From Lingula anatina (Eukaryota > Animalia > Brachiopoda): a stretch of 64,000 nucleotides of DNA. Of this stretch, positions 49,771 through 63,203 are shown piece after piece. The stretch spans positions 46,912,788-46,976,787 of the forward strand of contig CM120640.1 of assembly GCA_051362555.1 (NCBI GenBank), written 5' to 3'. Position 1 is the stretch's first letter. Each line of letters begins with the position of its first letter. Below the pieces are notes generated by a model that was not told the DNA's origin, did not search any database, and saw only the letters and a list, made by a program, of their open reading frames with translations. A program made the position numbers and the translations under genes.

Positions 49771-52700
49771 GTATTGATTTGTTTATTGTATGCAGTCCAG
49801 AAACATGATTAAAGGTACTGCTTACTAGGATTATGCAGCGAAAATGGATTTTCTTGTTGTAAAATGTATTTTTCTCCCACTAACTAACCTTTTATCCTCC
49901 TTCTCTGAAAATCAACTTCACATAAATTTGAAAATTTTAGTAAATATGGCATATCACATCCAGCTTGCATGAGTCTGACTCAGTGGTTTAGTTTACATCT
50001 AGGGAAACACAGTTTGTCTTCAGATGCATTCAACAGGAACTCGAATAGGTGATTTACATACTTTATGTGGGCTTAAAACCTGCTGCAAAAATCTTAGATA
50101 ATATACCTTTAATGTTTGAAATGTAATTGCTATGAAGATAAAAAATCTGTTCTTGTCTGTATTGTATATTATTGTACGAAATTAATTTTTGATAAGTATT
50201 GCTCATTAACAATTATTTTTATGGCATCATTTTACAAAATGTATGTAACAGTGTGTTCAAACTGTATACATGAGTTACTGGGGATTCACACTCCATTGAT
50301 ATGTACCTTTAATTACAGAATCAACACATCAGTAAATATTGTTTTTGTTTGATAATGTTTTATTTTCAGTGCACTTGTTAGTCTTGGTAGTTTGTTAAGG
50401 GCCTCTTATCAAGCAGTTGCACTCAAAAGAAACTGTTTACAACTCTATCAGTCTCTATTATAGTTTGCCCCTTTCAACCATCTTGATGGATATGTATAAC
50501 TTTTAGCCAATAAATATAATATTTATTTATACTTCTAGATGCCTCGCTTGAAAAAACAAAGTGTGACCAAAAGAAGGTCACTTCAGAAGAAAATTCTATT
50601 TCATCATACTCACTTCCTGTCTTATGTGAGATAGTAGTAGTGAGCATGCGCGCAGTCAGTGTAGAGTTTGTATGCGTACCAGTCAAATGTGTTTTTTTGG
50701 TGCTCTGTGATACAGAGCATGGCGTCTAGCACCAAGGGTAAAGGAAAATGGAAGAAGTCAACGACTTCGAGTCTGTTGTCAGACATTTCAGTGCCCGAGT
50801 GTCAGGATGTAACTAAAAGCGCAAATGTAGTTTGTGCAGAAGCTATGGCTACTTCGTCACTGGCGACGAGTGGTAGAAATGTTGGTGTTAGTTTGACGAA
50901 CATTGGTAATGTCAGAAGAAACGAGACAGATACTCTTGAATTGAAATGTAGGTTGTATAAAATGGAACACTTTTATTATGGTGAAGAAGGTGGTTCTGGT
51001 CAGTGTGTTGAGGCTGAAAATGATAATGGTGACATCCAACATGGCGCCGATGAGAATATGGATGCACATGATTATCAGTCGCATGATGGCAAAAGACCTT
51101 CTGAGGAGTCTCTATTATAGTTTGCCCCTTTCAACCATCTTGATGGATATGTATAACTTTTAGCCAATAAATATTATATTTTTTTATACTTCTAGATGCC
51201 TGGCTTGAAAAGTCTGACCAAAAGAAGGTCGCTTCAGAAGAAAATTATCCAGGAAAGTCGACAGAGAGTGACTGAGGCTGCCATGTCTACTTTTGTGCCT
51301 GCTTCAGCAGGCACGCCCACCTTTGTGGGCTCTGTGAAATTACTGAAAATACTGAGATTACACAAATTACTGAAAAAAATAGTGAAATTACTGAAATCAC
51401 AGAAAACAGCGAAAATACTGCAATTACTGAAAACACTCAAAACGCTAAATTTCCTGAACACACAAGATTACTGAGATTTCCATTGCTTGAGATGTAACTG
51501 TTCATGCAGCTTATACAGATGCTACAGTTGATACAGCTGTTACAGATGCTTCAGATGAGACAGAAGCTACAGTTGACTCAGCCTATCATGTCAGTTTGAG
51601 TGCCACTGATGTTCCAGGTCATCAGGGCTTTTCAAATCCCATTGCCCGAGGCACGGGCACGCTAATTTCACTGCGTGGCAAGTAAAATTTTCCTTCAGAA
51701 TGCCCGTGGGCCATCCATTTATTCACGGGCATGTTAAAATTATGCAGTTCTGTACCCTAACTTGCCCGAACTAAACATCATCGTTCTCACACACTACACT
51801 TCGACGATGTTTACTTCCGCATTGTTCTTCAACTGCTAAAGCAGTTGTAACGTCTGTTATGATTAGTCGAAAAGGATTTTTTCCCCATTCAAGTAGGCAA
51901 TCAATACTTTTGTTGCACTTGGTCTCGTTTTCGTATCGGTCGGTAACATTCTCCGAGAGTTTGCGGAGATTGCAGACTTTTAACACAGCAAGGTTGCCAA
52001 TTTTGCAAAAGCTCCCCATGTGAAGGCGAAAGTACAGACGTCGTTATTCAAATTTTGATTTTTTGTTAAAGTCGAAACCATTGTACGTGATGCTGCTGTC
52101 GCTACCAACTGGACCTACTGATGCATCACAGCAGTGACTTGACGAAGGACCAAAGATACTAAAAATAAAAAAAGAAAGGAAAACGTGTTTTTTAGCACAC
52201 GTGGACCATTGAAGACCCATGGCTCTTTACAACTACGGAAACTACGGATATTTGCAGAGATTGTACCTCTTATCCCCTTATTTCAAAGGGCCACAGTTTC
52301 TTGGTGGGGTGTTCAAAGTTTAGACTGAGCGTTATTATATCTTGTGCTGCACCGTCGTGCCACTTGCGTTGCAGTGCATTGAAGGGTGGTGCTATTAGCC
52401 AGGACCAGTTAGAAGGGACACCCTTCTAACTGGTCAAATCTTTACTGAGACAAGAATCACTTCCATCTGAAGTCAAGTAGAAACTACATACATTATTTAC
52501 TGCTGTCTACTGAGTTCCAAAAAACGGAAAGCTAATAAGTCAAACAAGTAAGTTAACACAAAATATGTTAATTGTATGAAGTCAATTTGTAGTGAACTCT
52601 GGCAATTTTTTGAAGTATTCTGATTATTGTGATTCCCACTAAGTAAAGAAGACTAAATTAAAAGTAAAGAAGACTAAATATGTGTAGTTGTGAGGTGAAC

Positions 52701-53580
52701 ATTTATTTATTTTATTTTTTTTTTGCATTTTTATTCAAATAATCTGTCATATAATGTGTGTGTCACTGTTAACAACTTGTATCATTACAAAGTGCACCAT
52801 GGCACTGTTTACAGATTTAACAAAATACATTAAATATTCCATTTTTAGGTGAGATGGGTTGCAAGCAAGTTCAAGGCACTGCAAGCTGTACAGAAGTCAC
52901 TAATGCCTCTTGTTCTTCACCTTGAAAGCGCAGGCTCACTTCAGGATGAATATGCTACCACAACATTATTTTATCTTATTAATACATGATTGTGTCCAGA
53001 TTGTGAATACAGTCACAGTTACAAAACTGACAATCCCTTGTGTATGTATCTGCCCTTCTTAAGGGGCATTTGGGACAGTGTGGCCAAACACGTGCCTAGT
53101 TCCAGGACCTGCACTTAGCCAGTGCTCTACAGATTGTTCTGGGTGAAAGTCCTCAAGTTCTGGACCTTCCTGTGCGATGTGCATAAGGCACTAGAGGGTT
53201 TCTTGATTCAGACTTGCTCTAAGCCTGCTTTTTACATTTTTCATCAATGAAAAACTTCTTTCACACTTGGCTGTTGTTGGTGATATCACTAACATTATCT
53301 TAATTAGCTTATAGATATACTGTGATGAAAAAACGGGTTAAAACTATCCTTTAGGTGCCCAAAAGTAATTTTTGAGTAATGAAAAAAAATTCTTACGTTG
53401 AATTAATTTTTTTAAGCCGATTTTATGCAGGTGTGAATGTAGTTTACGATACTCCCGTGTGGTGGCACTTTGAGGCGAGTGATGACACTTGCCTAGAGGC
53501 TCAGGAAGCCATTTACTTCAATTTGATTCAGCTATTCGCTTACTTGCATTCACTTGCTTTGTATAAGTATTTTTATCAAA

Positions 53581-53800
53581 ATGAACAGAGAACAAATTGA
53601 AGGATATTTGTTTGAACCAGAGGATATTGTGGAAGATGTGGATGATGCAGAGTGGAAAATGGACCAGGAAGATAGTGAAGGAGAACTCTCTACAGTCAGC
53701 CGGCTGAACAATATGGCGTGGTGTGAGTGCAGCCATTGTGATCTCATGCCCACCTTTGTTGAATCGACATGCTGTAGTGAAAACACTGCTGTGTCCACCA
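53581..53800 (+). mobile_element. KolX / P2X7-C-terminus-like Cys-rich fragment (Kolobok-derived)
   Basis: YLFEPE..RLNNMAWCECSHCDLMPTFVESTCCSE; truncated and embedded in other TE sequence. Confidence 0.6.
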
Positions 53801-53881
53801 AAATGAAGCATGCCAGTCAACCCAAAGCTCTCAACTGTACCCCACAAATTAAAGAAAAAAATCACAACAATCAGTCCCTTC

Positions 53882-53937
<56 letters not shown>

Positions 53938-54654
53938 AATATGGTTATATTAAAAACATCCTTAAAACCTTTGGAAAAAAGTGTTCAATATTCAAAAACG
54001 AGTTCAATGAAGAAGGTACCATTAACAAAACACACTGGTAATACCATTACCTCTGATTCTATTTCATCCATTTTTGATAAAACAAATTTGCACAAACTCC
54101 ATTTGAAAAGACTACATGATGAAATGAAGAGGCAGTCGTTTGGACAGAAGACAAACAACAAAGCAAAATTGACACAGTGAGTAAAACTCTCTTGGATACT
54201 TCACTTACAGGAACCAGTAGCACTGGCAGAAATATTTTGAAAAGAGAGAAAAATAAAATCAGGATGCAACTTCTTAAATCTGATCCACAGTACAGGAAAT
54301 CTGAACAAAATGCTCAAAGAATAACATGTTCTCAGTCCATGTGAAAAGGATAATTCAAAAAACACAAACACTTGAAAAGGGCTGATACAGTTGCACTCAA
54401 AAGAAACTGTTTACCACTCTTTCATTTTCCATTATATTTTATCCCTTATAATAACCTGCTTGTTATATTCTTGGCAATAAATATAACATTTTTATTCTTT
54501 TCTAGATGCCTCGCTTGAAAAAACATAGTTTGGCTACAAGAAGGGCACTGCAGAAGAGTAAAAACAAAGAAACTCGACAGAGGGTGGTTGGGCAAACAGG
54601 CCTCCTACTGTGTCTGCTTCAGCAGCCACGCCCACGTCGGCGGGCACCGAGTTG

Positions 54655-55075
54655 CTTGTATCTACTTCAGTAACCACACCCATCTTGGTGGGAACTGAGT
54701 TGCTTGTCTACCTCGGTAGCCATGCCCACCTCGGTGGGAACCGAGTTGCTTGTCTACCTCGGTAGCCATGCCCACCTCGGTGGGAACTGTGTTGCTTGTG
54801 TCTACTTCAGTAGCCACGCCCACCTTGGTGGGAACTGAGTTGCTTGTGTCTACTTCAGTAACCACGCCCACCTTGGTGGGAACTGAGTTGCTTGTCTACC
54901 TCGGTAGCCATGCCCACCTCGGTGGGAACTGTGTTGCTTGTGTCTACTTCAGTAGCCACGCCCACCTTGGTGGGAACTGAGTTGCTTGTGTCTACTTCAG
55001 TAACCACGCCCACCTTGGTGGGAACTGAGTTGCTTGTCTACCTCGGTAGCCATGCCCACCTCGGTGGGAACTGTG
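54655..55075 (+). repeat. 46-48-bp tandem repeat with 142-bp higher-order unit
   Basis: CCCACCTyGGTGGGAACTGwGTTGCTTGT recurring ~9 times. ORFs at 54750, 54892 and 55034 start identically. Confidence 0.9.
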
Positions 55076-55435
55076 TTTTTACTGAGACAACTGAGATTAC
55101 TGAGACAACTGAGATTACAATTGATTCAGATGATACTGTTCATGCAGTGCATAAAGATGCTACAGTTGATACAGCTGTTACAGTTGAGAATGATGCTACA
55201 GTTGACAGCTTTTCCTGAAATGCCTGTCAGTTTGAGTGCCACTGATGCTGCAGATCCTTCAAGTAAGTCTATGAAATATTCAGATCATACATCATCAGAT
55301 ATGTCAGCCTTACTTGTAAAGTCAAAGATGCCAGTCAACCCAAAGCTTTCAACAGTACCCCAAAAATTAAACAAAAATCACAGCAATCAGTTTCTTCAGA
55401 ATTTCCAAAAATTGATCCTAACATAGTAACATTAA

Positions 55436-56426
55436 AGACAGTCTCAGCGCGTTAAACCCTTAAAATAGCACGAAAATGAATTTTCCTGGAAATCTCACCA
55501 ATTTCCCCATAATGACCAAGGTATATCCTATCCAAAACCGTTGAGAAAATGAACCTACCTAATACCGTTTTTAAGTTCCATTAAATAATAAAAGACGACT
55601 CGTCTTAAATACTCAGCTACCACCTCACAGTACGGCTTCAGAACGCGCAATTTCTCGCTAAGTCTCGCGGTTTACTATGAATGAAGTACTACGGCTGAGA
55701 CCCGGATGTTACTATTTGGCGCCAAAACAGCAAACATGGCTCAGACGCGCGTCAAGTCTGAAGAGGAGAGCGACAAAAAGGGACGAAAGAAAATAGCCAC
55801 TCCAGTTCGAAAGATACGAAAGAAAATTAGAGACAGACGAAGAAGCACTCAGACTGTGTATGTTGGGAGGGAGGTGGGGCGGTGGAGGACACTTAAAGCT
55901 GAGTTAGGACTCACATACGAGGCAATGGCGAAACTACTCCTCGACACGCGAGTATGCGCTTCACAGGTCTCAAGTGTGTCTGATTATCATATTATCCTGT
56001 TCACAATAAATGACAATATTTGTGCTCATACAAAGTTGGTTACGTGTATAAGAGCGTTTTGGGCTTTACGTTGTCTATTTTTGATCGGTACATGTACCGA
56101 AAAGATGGACAGGCGGCACTTACATGTCTGACAGGTTTCGCTGTGTAGTCGTGACGTCTATCTCATTCTGACTGAAGCCTGCTGTGATTGGTCGTAAGCG
56201 TGGGAAAATCGAGGTCGTGACCTTGAGCCGGAAGTACTTCTGGCTGTGCTCCGAAATCATGATAAATAGTTTTCGTTTTCTAATTCTTTATTCTAGTTGT
56301 CTTAACAGGACTTTTGTGACCCAGACTTATTAATATAATAATAAACAATCTCACAAAACACAAATCTGATCAAAGCTTTACATAGAACCTGCTTCTATAC
56401 ATTAATCTAACCCACTGAGACTGTCT
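55436..56426 (+). mobile_element. Kolobok-type non-autonomous DNA transposon (991 bp)
   Basis: TTAA duplication; TIR AGACAGTCTCAG / CTGAGACTGTCT. Contains a fragment encoding TVYVGREVGRWRTLKAELG..AKLLLD. Confidence 0.8.
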
Positions 56427-56849
56427 TTAACATCATCTCTGAAACCTTTGGAAAATAATGTTCATGTCAGAAAACTTGCTAAAAGATTTAGAAAAAATTC
56501 AAAGAGCGGTTTAAAGGACAAAGTTGCCAATTCATTTCAGCAAAGAAAAGCAACATTGACAAAATACACAGGTAATCCCATCACTTCTGATTCCATCTCT
56601 TCCATTTTTGATAAAACAAATTTGCACAAACCCCATATGAAAATTTAACATGATGAAATGAAGAAGCAGTTAAAATGAGCAGAAGACAAAAAACAAAGCA
56701 AAATTGACACAATGAATAAAAATCTCTTGGATAGTTCATTAATGGAAACCAGTGGCACTGACAGAAAAGTTTTGAAAAGAGAGAAGAATAAAATCAGAAT
56801 GCGACTTCTTAGATCTGATCAGGAAAACCGAACAAGAATCTCGGAGAAC

Positions 56850-57225
56850 AAAGCGTTCTCAGTCTGATGTAAGTCCAATATTCTAAAGCAAAAGCAGCTG
56901 AAAAGGTCTGATCCTCAGTGCAAGAAAAACCAAACAAGCAGCCCAGAGACTAAAGCGTTCTCAGTCTGATGTAAAGTCCAATATTCTAAATCAAAAGCAG
57001 TTGAAAAGGTCTGATCTTCAGTACAGGAAAACCAAACAAAAAGCCAAGAGACTTCAGCGTTCTCAGTCTGATGTAAAGTCCAATATTCTAAAGCAAAAGC
57101 AGCTGAAAAGGTCTGATCCTCAGTGCAAGAAAAACCAAACAAGAAGCCAAGAGACTAAAGTGTTCTCAGTCTTATGTAAAGTCCAATATTCTAAAGCAAA
57201 AGCAGTTGAAAAGGTCTGATCCTGA
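56850..57225 (+). repeat. ~102-bp tandem repeat in the Helentron 5' coding region
   Basis: GTTCTCAGTCTGATGTAAAGTCCAATATTCTAAAGCAAAAGCAG-type unit occurs 4 times. Confidence 0.85.
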
Positions 57226-57339
57226 TTACAAAGTTACTGAGAAAAACCAAAAAAGAAGATCTGATCCAAATTTCTGAACACGTGAAATGAATTCAGATGC
57301 AGTTGCTAAGCCTAATAAGAGACAGAAAATCTATACTAC

Positions 57340-57952
57340 TCTTCAAGGTTGTACTCTTGAAGGTTGTACTTATACATGCTGTATATGTCAACAACTCGGA
57401 TACAGACATTCTGTCATAAATAGAGAGACTATCTTGAATATAGAAAATAATGCAGTTAATCAATGCAAATAAGCTGGTGAGTTATTTAACAGTAATTGGA
57501 TGTGTATAACATGCGCTTCTCATTTGAAAAAGAACTAAATACCTCCATGTGCTATTGTAAATAAGATGTCGTTTCCAAAAAAAAAACAAAAAAAAAAAAA
57601 AAAAAAAAAACAGATTTTGGATTAAAAACCTTTAGAGTGGAGACTAAGTAGCCCAAGATTAGTTTTCATGAAGATTCATCAAGCTCCACTTGGAAAGCAA
57701 TACAAATTAGAAGGGAATGTTGTAAATATACCAGCAGATGTAACATCCACTGTTACAGTAACAAAGTTACCAAGAACTGGCACTGACAGTTCAACAATAA
57801 AAGTTCAACTAAAAAGAAATGTGAAATTTAAGATAAATGCATATGCTCAGAATGTAAGGCCTAACAAAGTACTTGAAGTAGCAAATTGGTTAACTACTTA
57901 TGGAAAATTGTATCAAGAAAAGGGAATAACTGTAGACTCATCATGGAAATAA
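57340..57952 (+). pseudogene. Helitron N-terminal Zn-finger / DUF6570-like region
   Basis: YTCCICQQLGY, WMCITC, LEWRLSSPRLVFMKIHQAP, GNVVNIPAD; interrupted by stops and poly-A. Confidence 0.7.
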
Positions 57953-58734
57953 GAAGATAATTCCTGCAGCTCTAGCACATTTGAACAAACGGAAAAGGGG
58001 TATACAACTGTGAATAACTTAAATGAGGAACAAATACAAAACTTATTAAAAGAATTTGTTTGTGTTGAGTGCCTTTCTGATTGTGGAAATATCCAATTTT
58101 CTGAAGAAGGACACCTTACGGATCAGGATGGTGATTTTGCAGATAAATTCTATGTCATTTTAGACAAGCCATATAGATATGACCCACCTGTTAATGTTGA
58201 CGAATTTGTGGCTACTATTCAAAGTGAAAAAAAAAATTAATGTTTTCTCACAACACTCTCATGTTTTGGAAGTACCTGCATCTAAATCACAAACCAGAGG
58301 CAGATCAAGATATCGCATGAAGCCAAATATAATCAGAGATTCTAGTAGAGTAGGAATTGAAAAACTCATTGCTTACAAGCACCACCATGTACTAAGAAAA
58401 TACAAGCATTTGAAACTGAGTTATTATGGCTTATTCAAAAGAAAAAAACAAGGTAAAACATGGAATTCAAGATATTTCAGGACTGTTAAGAAAATTCCAC
58501 ACAGAGTAAGATCTGTTTCACACTTGCAGAAAGAGTTATCATACATCCAACAATGACATTTATTACCTCAATTTTGTGAATCTGAAAATGAGGTACAACA
58601 TCTACAAACTGACATCACTTTATTTTATTTTATGCCTGTAGATGCCCTGAGGCAAGAGAAAATGACTGACAAAGTAAATTTACAATTAAAGCATCCACAC
58701 AATTTCTCTTGACAAAACCTAGCCAGTTAAAAAA

Positions 58735-59140
58735 AATTATTGGAAATGGATAGTTTTTTCCGAAGTTTGTCTTTTGCCATTACTGGTTGTGACACGTTGT
58801 ATGATGACGATCACAGTTTACTTAGAAACAGAATCATCAGTCATATGAAGCAGCTTGAGTATGCTTTTCCAAGTAGTACGTTAGGTGATAATGACATCAC
58901 ATCAGGAAATTATGTAAGAAGAACAGGCATGAATAATGCAAATGTTTGGGGTACTGAAACAGAAATACTTGCTGCGGCACATTTACTACAAACTGACATC
59001 TATGTATACTGCAAGCCTGGCAGCTCTTGGAAATGGTTGAAGTATTCAGCTAAGTTTCTTGATCAGAACAATCATTCACATGAAATAGCCATTTACTTGC
59101 AAAACACTAATTCTGATCACTATGATGTAGTGCAAAATGT
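58735..59140 (+). pseudogene. OTU-like cysteine protease domain of the Helentron
   Basis: FFRSLSFAITG, VWGTETEILAAAHLLQTDIYVY and AIYLQNTNSDHYDVV. The catalytic Cys region is frameshifted. Confidence 0.75.
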
Positions 59141-59460
59141 ATGCGACTTATCATTACCTGCTAATAACATAAGCAAGAACTTGCTGCAAAAGAAGATGAC
59201 ACAGGCTAATTCAGATAGAGGTAAATACTCACAGTCAAATGATACTGAAGATTGGCATGAAATTGATGACAAAGAAATGAAACCTGGTATAAGAGATACA
59301 ATGTTAACAGGCAGAGACTTCTTGAAAGACACAGAGAGAGAAAATTAACTCTTTTGCACCTGGTCAAGAAGGTCAACCACTCAGCATATTAAGAGATCAA
59401 CACTGAAGAACTGGCTTTTCCAGAAATATTTCTTGGCAATGCACGAAATAGAAATAAAAA

Positions 59461-60942
59461 GGGAAGTTTGGCGTAGACAAACAATGTTTATGGCGACGGT
59501 TAACTTAATTGATTTCATGGGCCGTTGCGAACTTTCATTAGCATGGGGAAACGGCATCTAGTATTACCAGGTTAGGAGTGTAAACAGGGAATGGTATCTG
59601 GAATTCACTGCATTAAGCTCCTTGAAAATTATCTGTCCAATCGGGGAGAACCGGAAGCTTTAAAGCGTCACTTTTGCTGAAATTTGCAGCACTTAATCCG
59701 GGGTTCTCTTTAAATTACGCGCTGCCGCAATTATTCAGTAAACACAAGTGCTCGGCCTCCATTTGCTACAAGTTCTTTGCGGAAAGCATAGCATTCAAGA
59801 TTGATTATACCAGTTGAGCCTCGCTGGAAAAAAATTTTCGTTTGGTCTGTGACTGTTTACTTCTTTTACTTATTACTAATCCGTTTGTGCGACTCTTGGA
59901 TCTAACCAAGCTTGAATAGACTTTATTGAGAAAAGGAACACTCACCATTGGAATTTATTCATTTTTGCCTAGCTGACCATCTTTGTTTGCATTACACTTT
60001 GTGTCTGCCAGTATTTCTCTTGATCCGGCTTTGTTTGAGGGACTCACAGATCCAACCTAGAAGGAGACTCATACGAGAAGCAGACCTTTCATTTTACAAG
60101 TAAGATTTTCTTTTCTTTACATTTAAGTTATCTTTGATCACAGTTGGCCATGGCGGTCCTTATCATTGGTCACTCCTTTGTTCATAGGCTTCATTCATAT
60201 CTTGACCAAGGCCGGGAGGGGCATACGGAGAAAGATTTTGGATTTCCCAACGTTGTACACTGGCACGGTGTGGGAGGCCGTACGTTCCCAAAACTAGTCA
60301 GGTATGACTTGGGTATCCTTCACCGGGTCCGCCCCGCCTTGGTTATATTGGTAATTGGGTCGAATGACCTATCTAGGTAAGAGCATTGAGGGCCTCGCTC
60401 GGAGCTGTCACGAGTTCTCATGTATTGGTGAATCAGGTTCATCACAGGCTCCGTCTCCCCTATTCCGACTTCAATGATCAAGTTGATCAGCTTAATAATT
60501 TTCTTTCAGACATCGCCCAGATACATTTGTTTATTTCTTTTTGGAAGAATGTCGGTCTAGGCAATCCGTCCTGGCTACACATTAAAACGGACGGGGTCCA
60601 TCTGTCTGAGGTTGGGCAGTACAAACTTTACCGCAGCTTGCGAGGCGCTATTATCAGGAAGGCATCTCGGCTAAGAATTACTCTGTGTTAATTATCTTTC
60701 AGAGGCAGGCCGTTCATATTCATTATGTTGCCGGAGCAAATAGTTTTGTTTTCGTTTCAGTGACTATACACTATTCAACCTGGAAGTTAACTTTTTCAGG
60801 GTCTGCCCCCCCCCCTTGGTCGAGCAGCATGCTTTTACGATTTATGTATTCTCCTCGCTACGACGGGTTGAGAGGCATGCTTTTACGTTTTAGTTATTCT
60901 CCTCGTTACGTCGGGTTGAGAGGCATGCTTTTACGAATTTTT
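59461..60942 (+). mobile_element. Ngaro/DIRS-like insertion carrying an SGNH/GDSL hydrolase fragment
   Basis: IIGHSFV, GVGG, VIGSNDL and DGVHL blocks (60150-60690); 48-bp terminal tandem repeat. Interrupts the Helentron Rep lead-in. Confidence 0.6.
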
Positions 60943-61446
60943 GTGACATCTGCAAGTCTGAATTAAGACAATGACAGAAGAGCCTCTATGTATGTTAACA
61001 TATTTTTTAAGACAAAAAAATTGCAGATGAAAAGATTGATTGGGTCAGCAGATAGACAAGACAAACAAATGCATTATTGTATGTGACTTTAATGTCAACT
61101 GGCTCCATGAAAACAATGGAAATGCTCTCAGAAAAATGTGCCTTGACTTTAAGTTTAATCATTGTGTCACAACTCCAACTACCATTTATGAATCGGCATT
61201 AGATCTTGTACAAACTTTGATCATGAAGAACTGAAAATTACAGTTTTGCCTACTTATTTTGGCGATCACTTTCCAGTCTGTTTGTCTTTTCCCAAAAATT
61301 GTCTTTAAACATTAATTACATATTAGAGACTTATTCCTAACTATTGGTCAGTCAACCAATAAAAAGATGCAACTGAAAACCCAGTTACTCTGTCCTAGGA
61401 CTTACATTCAGATCTACTCATCATCAACATGCTTTCCTTGCAACAG

Positions 61447-61709
61447 ATTTCAGCCACCACTTCAGCCCATCCATATGCTTCAAGGTTGAGGGTCAAAGTT
61501 ATAGCAACCACTGAAACTACATCCTATACTGACAAGAAAGGCAAGGTGAAAGACGTGACCGAAGTTGGCCTGGCGGACAAATTGGGAGCTAGGAAGATGA
61601 CTCTTTAAGGGGCCAAGCAAAGACTTGTGGTATTTGCTCGGTATATAATACGAGACTTTTTCGTTAGGGATGGTGTGATAAGATGCAGGGATGCTACAAA
61701 GATTTTCAG
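61447..61709 (+). pseudogene. RPA-like OB-fold exon with in-frame stop (partial copies at ~61765-61900 and 63426-63600)
   Basis: AG/GT-bounded; RLRVKVIATTETTSYTDKKGKVKDVTEVGLADKLG; TAA at 61606. Confidence 0.55.
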
Positions 61710-62039
61710 GTAAATATTAATTTCATCTGTCAATAAATACAAAATATGAATGCTTTAACTGAATTGTGGTGGTATTTTGCTTGGTGTATAATACAACACT
61801 TTTTTGTTAGGGATGGTGTGATAAGGTGCACGAACGCTTCAAGGATTTTCAGGTAAATATTAATTTCATCTGTCAATACGTACAAAATATGTAAGCTTTA
61901 ACTTCATTGATCACCCAAACCCAATGTAGAGGTGCAAAGAAGGTTACAGGTATGCTCTTAAAATTTTTCATGTACAGATTGCAAAATATATGATTATTAT
62001 AGCATCCGACATGAATAAGTTGGTATCAACGTTTCACTC

Positions 62040-63203
62040 TCTTGGGACCATGAATGATAAAAAATCATAACTAACCAATACTCGTATGGAAAGCGAATTT
62101 TTGACTAGCTAGGCCTTTATCAAATTTGATGATTTCTAACACTTCATGCACGTAACATACCATCCAAATTTCGCTTTCTCTTAAACTTGAGCCACAAAGC
62201 TTCAAAGTCCAGCAACACAATGGCTTTAATTTGGCAAAGAGCCTCCATGAAATCCAAGAAGCCATTAACAACGTTCCCACAGAGGTCCTTAGCATCATGA
62301 CAGCGAGAGAAGTTTTTTCCGATCTAGAAACGTTGGTATGCGCAAAAAAAGTGAAGAATTAATCAAGGCAGGCCAGTACACGCATGATCATAAAGGGCAC
62401 AAAGAAAACAGCAATTTACCGAGAGAGTGAGAGGTTGTTTGTTCGGTACCCTCCAAGTGGCAGAGGCAGCCAGATAATTCCAAGATGTCGGTATGCCTGT
62501 AAAGGAATTGTAGTTGATAGTGATCTGTTCAAGCATAAATATTTGGTGACGATTAAGTGGCCCAATGGAACCATCAACACCCAATGGGTATCAGTGACTG
62601 ATTTAACAGTGGCAACAGCCAGCAAAGAAAAGAAAGCCAACAAGAGAAGCCCAACAGAAGAATGGAAAAAACAACAGCACGAGAAGATATATTATATAGT
62701 GCTATCACATAAAGACAAGGTCAACAATCTGAATCAAAGAAACATTAAAGTGCTTAACGAATGCTGAGAAACCGGTGGTTGGTCACCAGCTGTCTGTTTT
62801 TAGGATACACGGCACCGCAGCTTCTCTTTGAGTAGAAGCCATCTGTCACATTAGAGACAATGAGGCACATTACGAGCAATTCATTTTTGGTGATTTTAAT
62901 ACCTACACTAATAATATGCTCAAGAAAACAACATACAGTGACCACGTTACACTTATGGCCTTGTCGTCCAACGTCCAATTTCTCATCGCATCAGATGGTC
63001 CAGACTTTACAACACTAGTTTCACCAGATGGGCAGTACAGCAGCACTATGTTTACTCTTACACTTGGATACTTCCTGGAGGGGAAAGGAGAGCACTACGT
63101 CATTGTTGGCATCGCGAATGAAATGCAAAGAGATTTCTTAGCTACACTACATGAGAGGCAGCATGAGGAGAAAAATAATATGCAGCAAGAAGGTATGGAG
63201 TAA
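62040..63203 (+). mobile_element. Second, decayed Ginger-like integrase-SH3-OTU element
   Basis: Integrase tail GFNLAKSLHEIQEAINNVP..REVF; VRYP..KGIVV..KYLVTI..WVSVTDLT; OTU end TYSDHVTLMAL..LTLGYF..GEHYV. Confidence 0.55.

Larger units (their letters stand above)
50410..61310 (+). mobile_element. Decayed Helentron (endonuclease-type Helitron) with duplicated 5' region, nested insertions and deleted Rep/helicase core
   Basis: MPRLKK-type start exon present three times. DUF6570-like CCICQQL..PRLVFMKI..GNVVNIPADV..VRPNKV; OTU; Rep lead-in FAPGQ..EELAFP and DICKSELR..NIFFKTKKLQMK; endonuclease end DFNVN..TT..LDL..GDHFPV. Confidence 0.75.

Noticed and set aside
53554-53889. Host P2RX7 gene
   Set aside because: No transmembrane or ectodomain exons; truncated and embedded in TE sequence.
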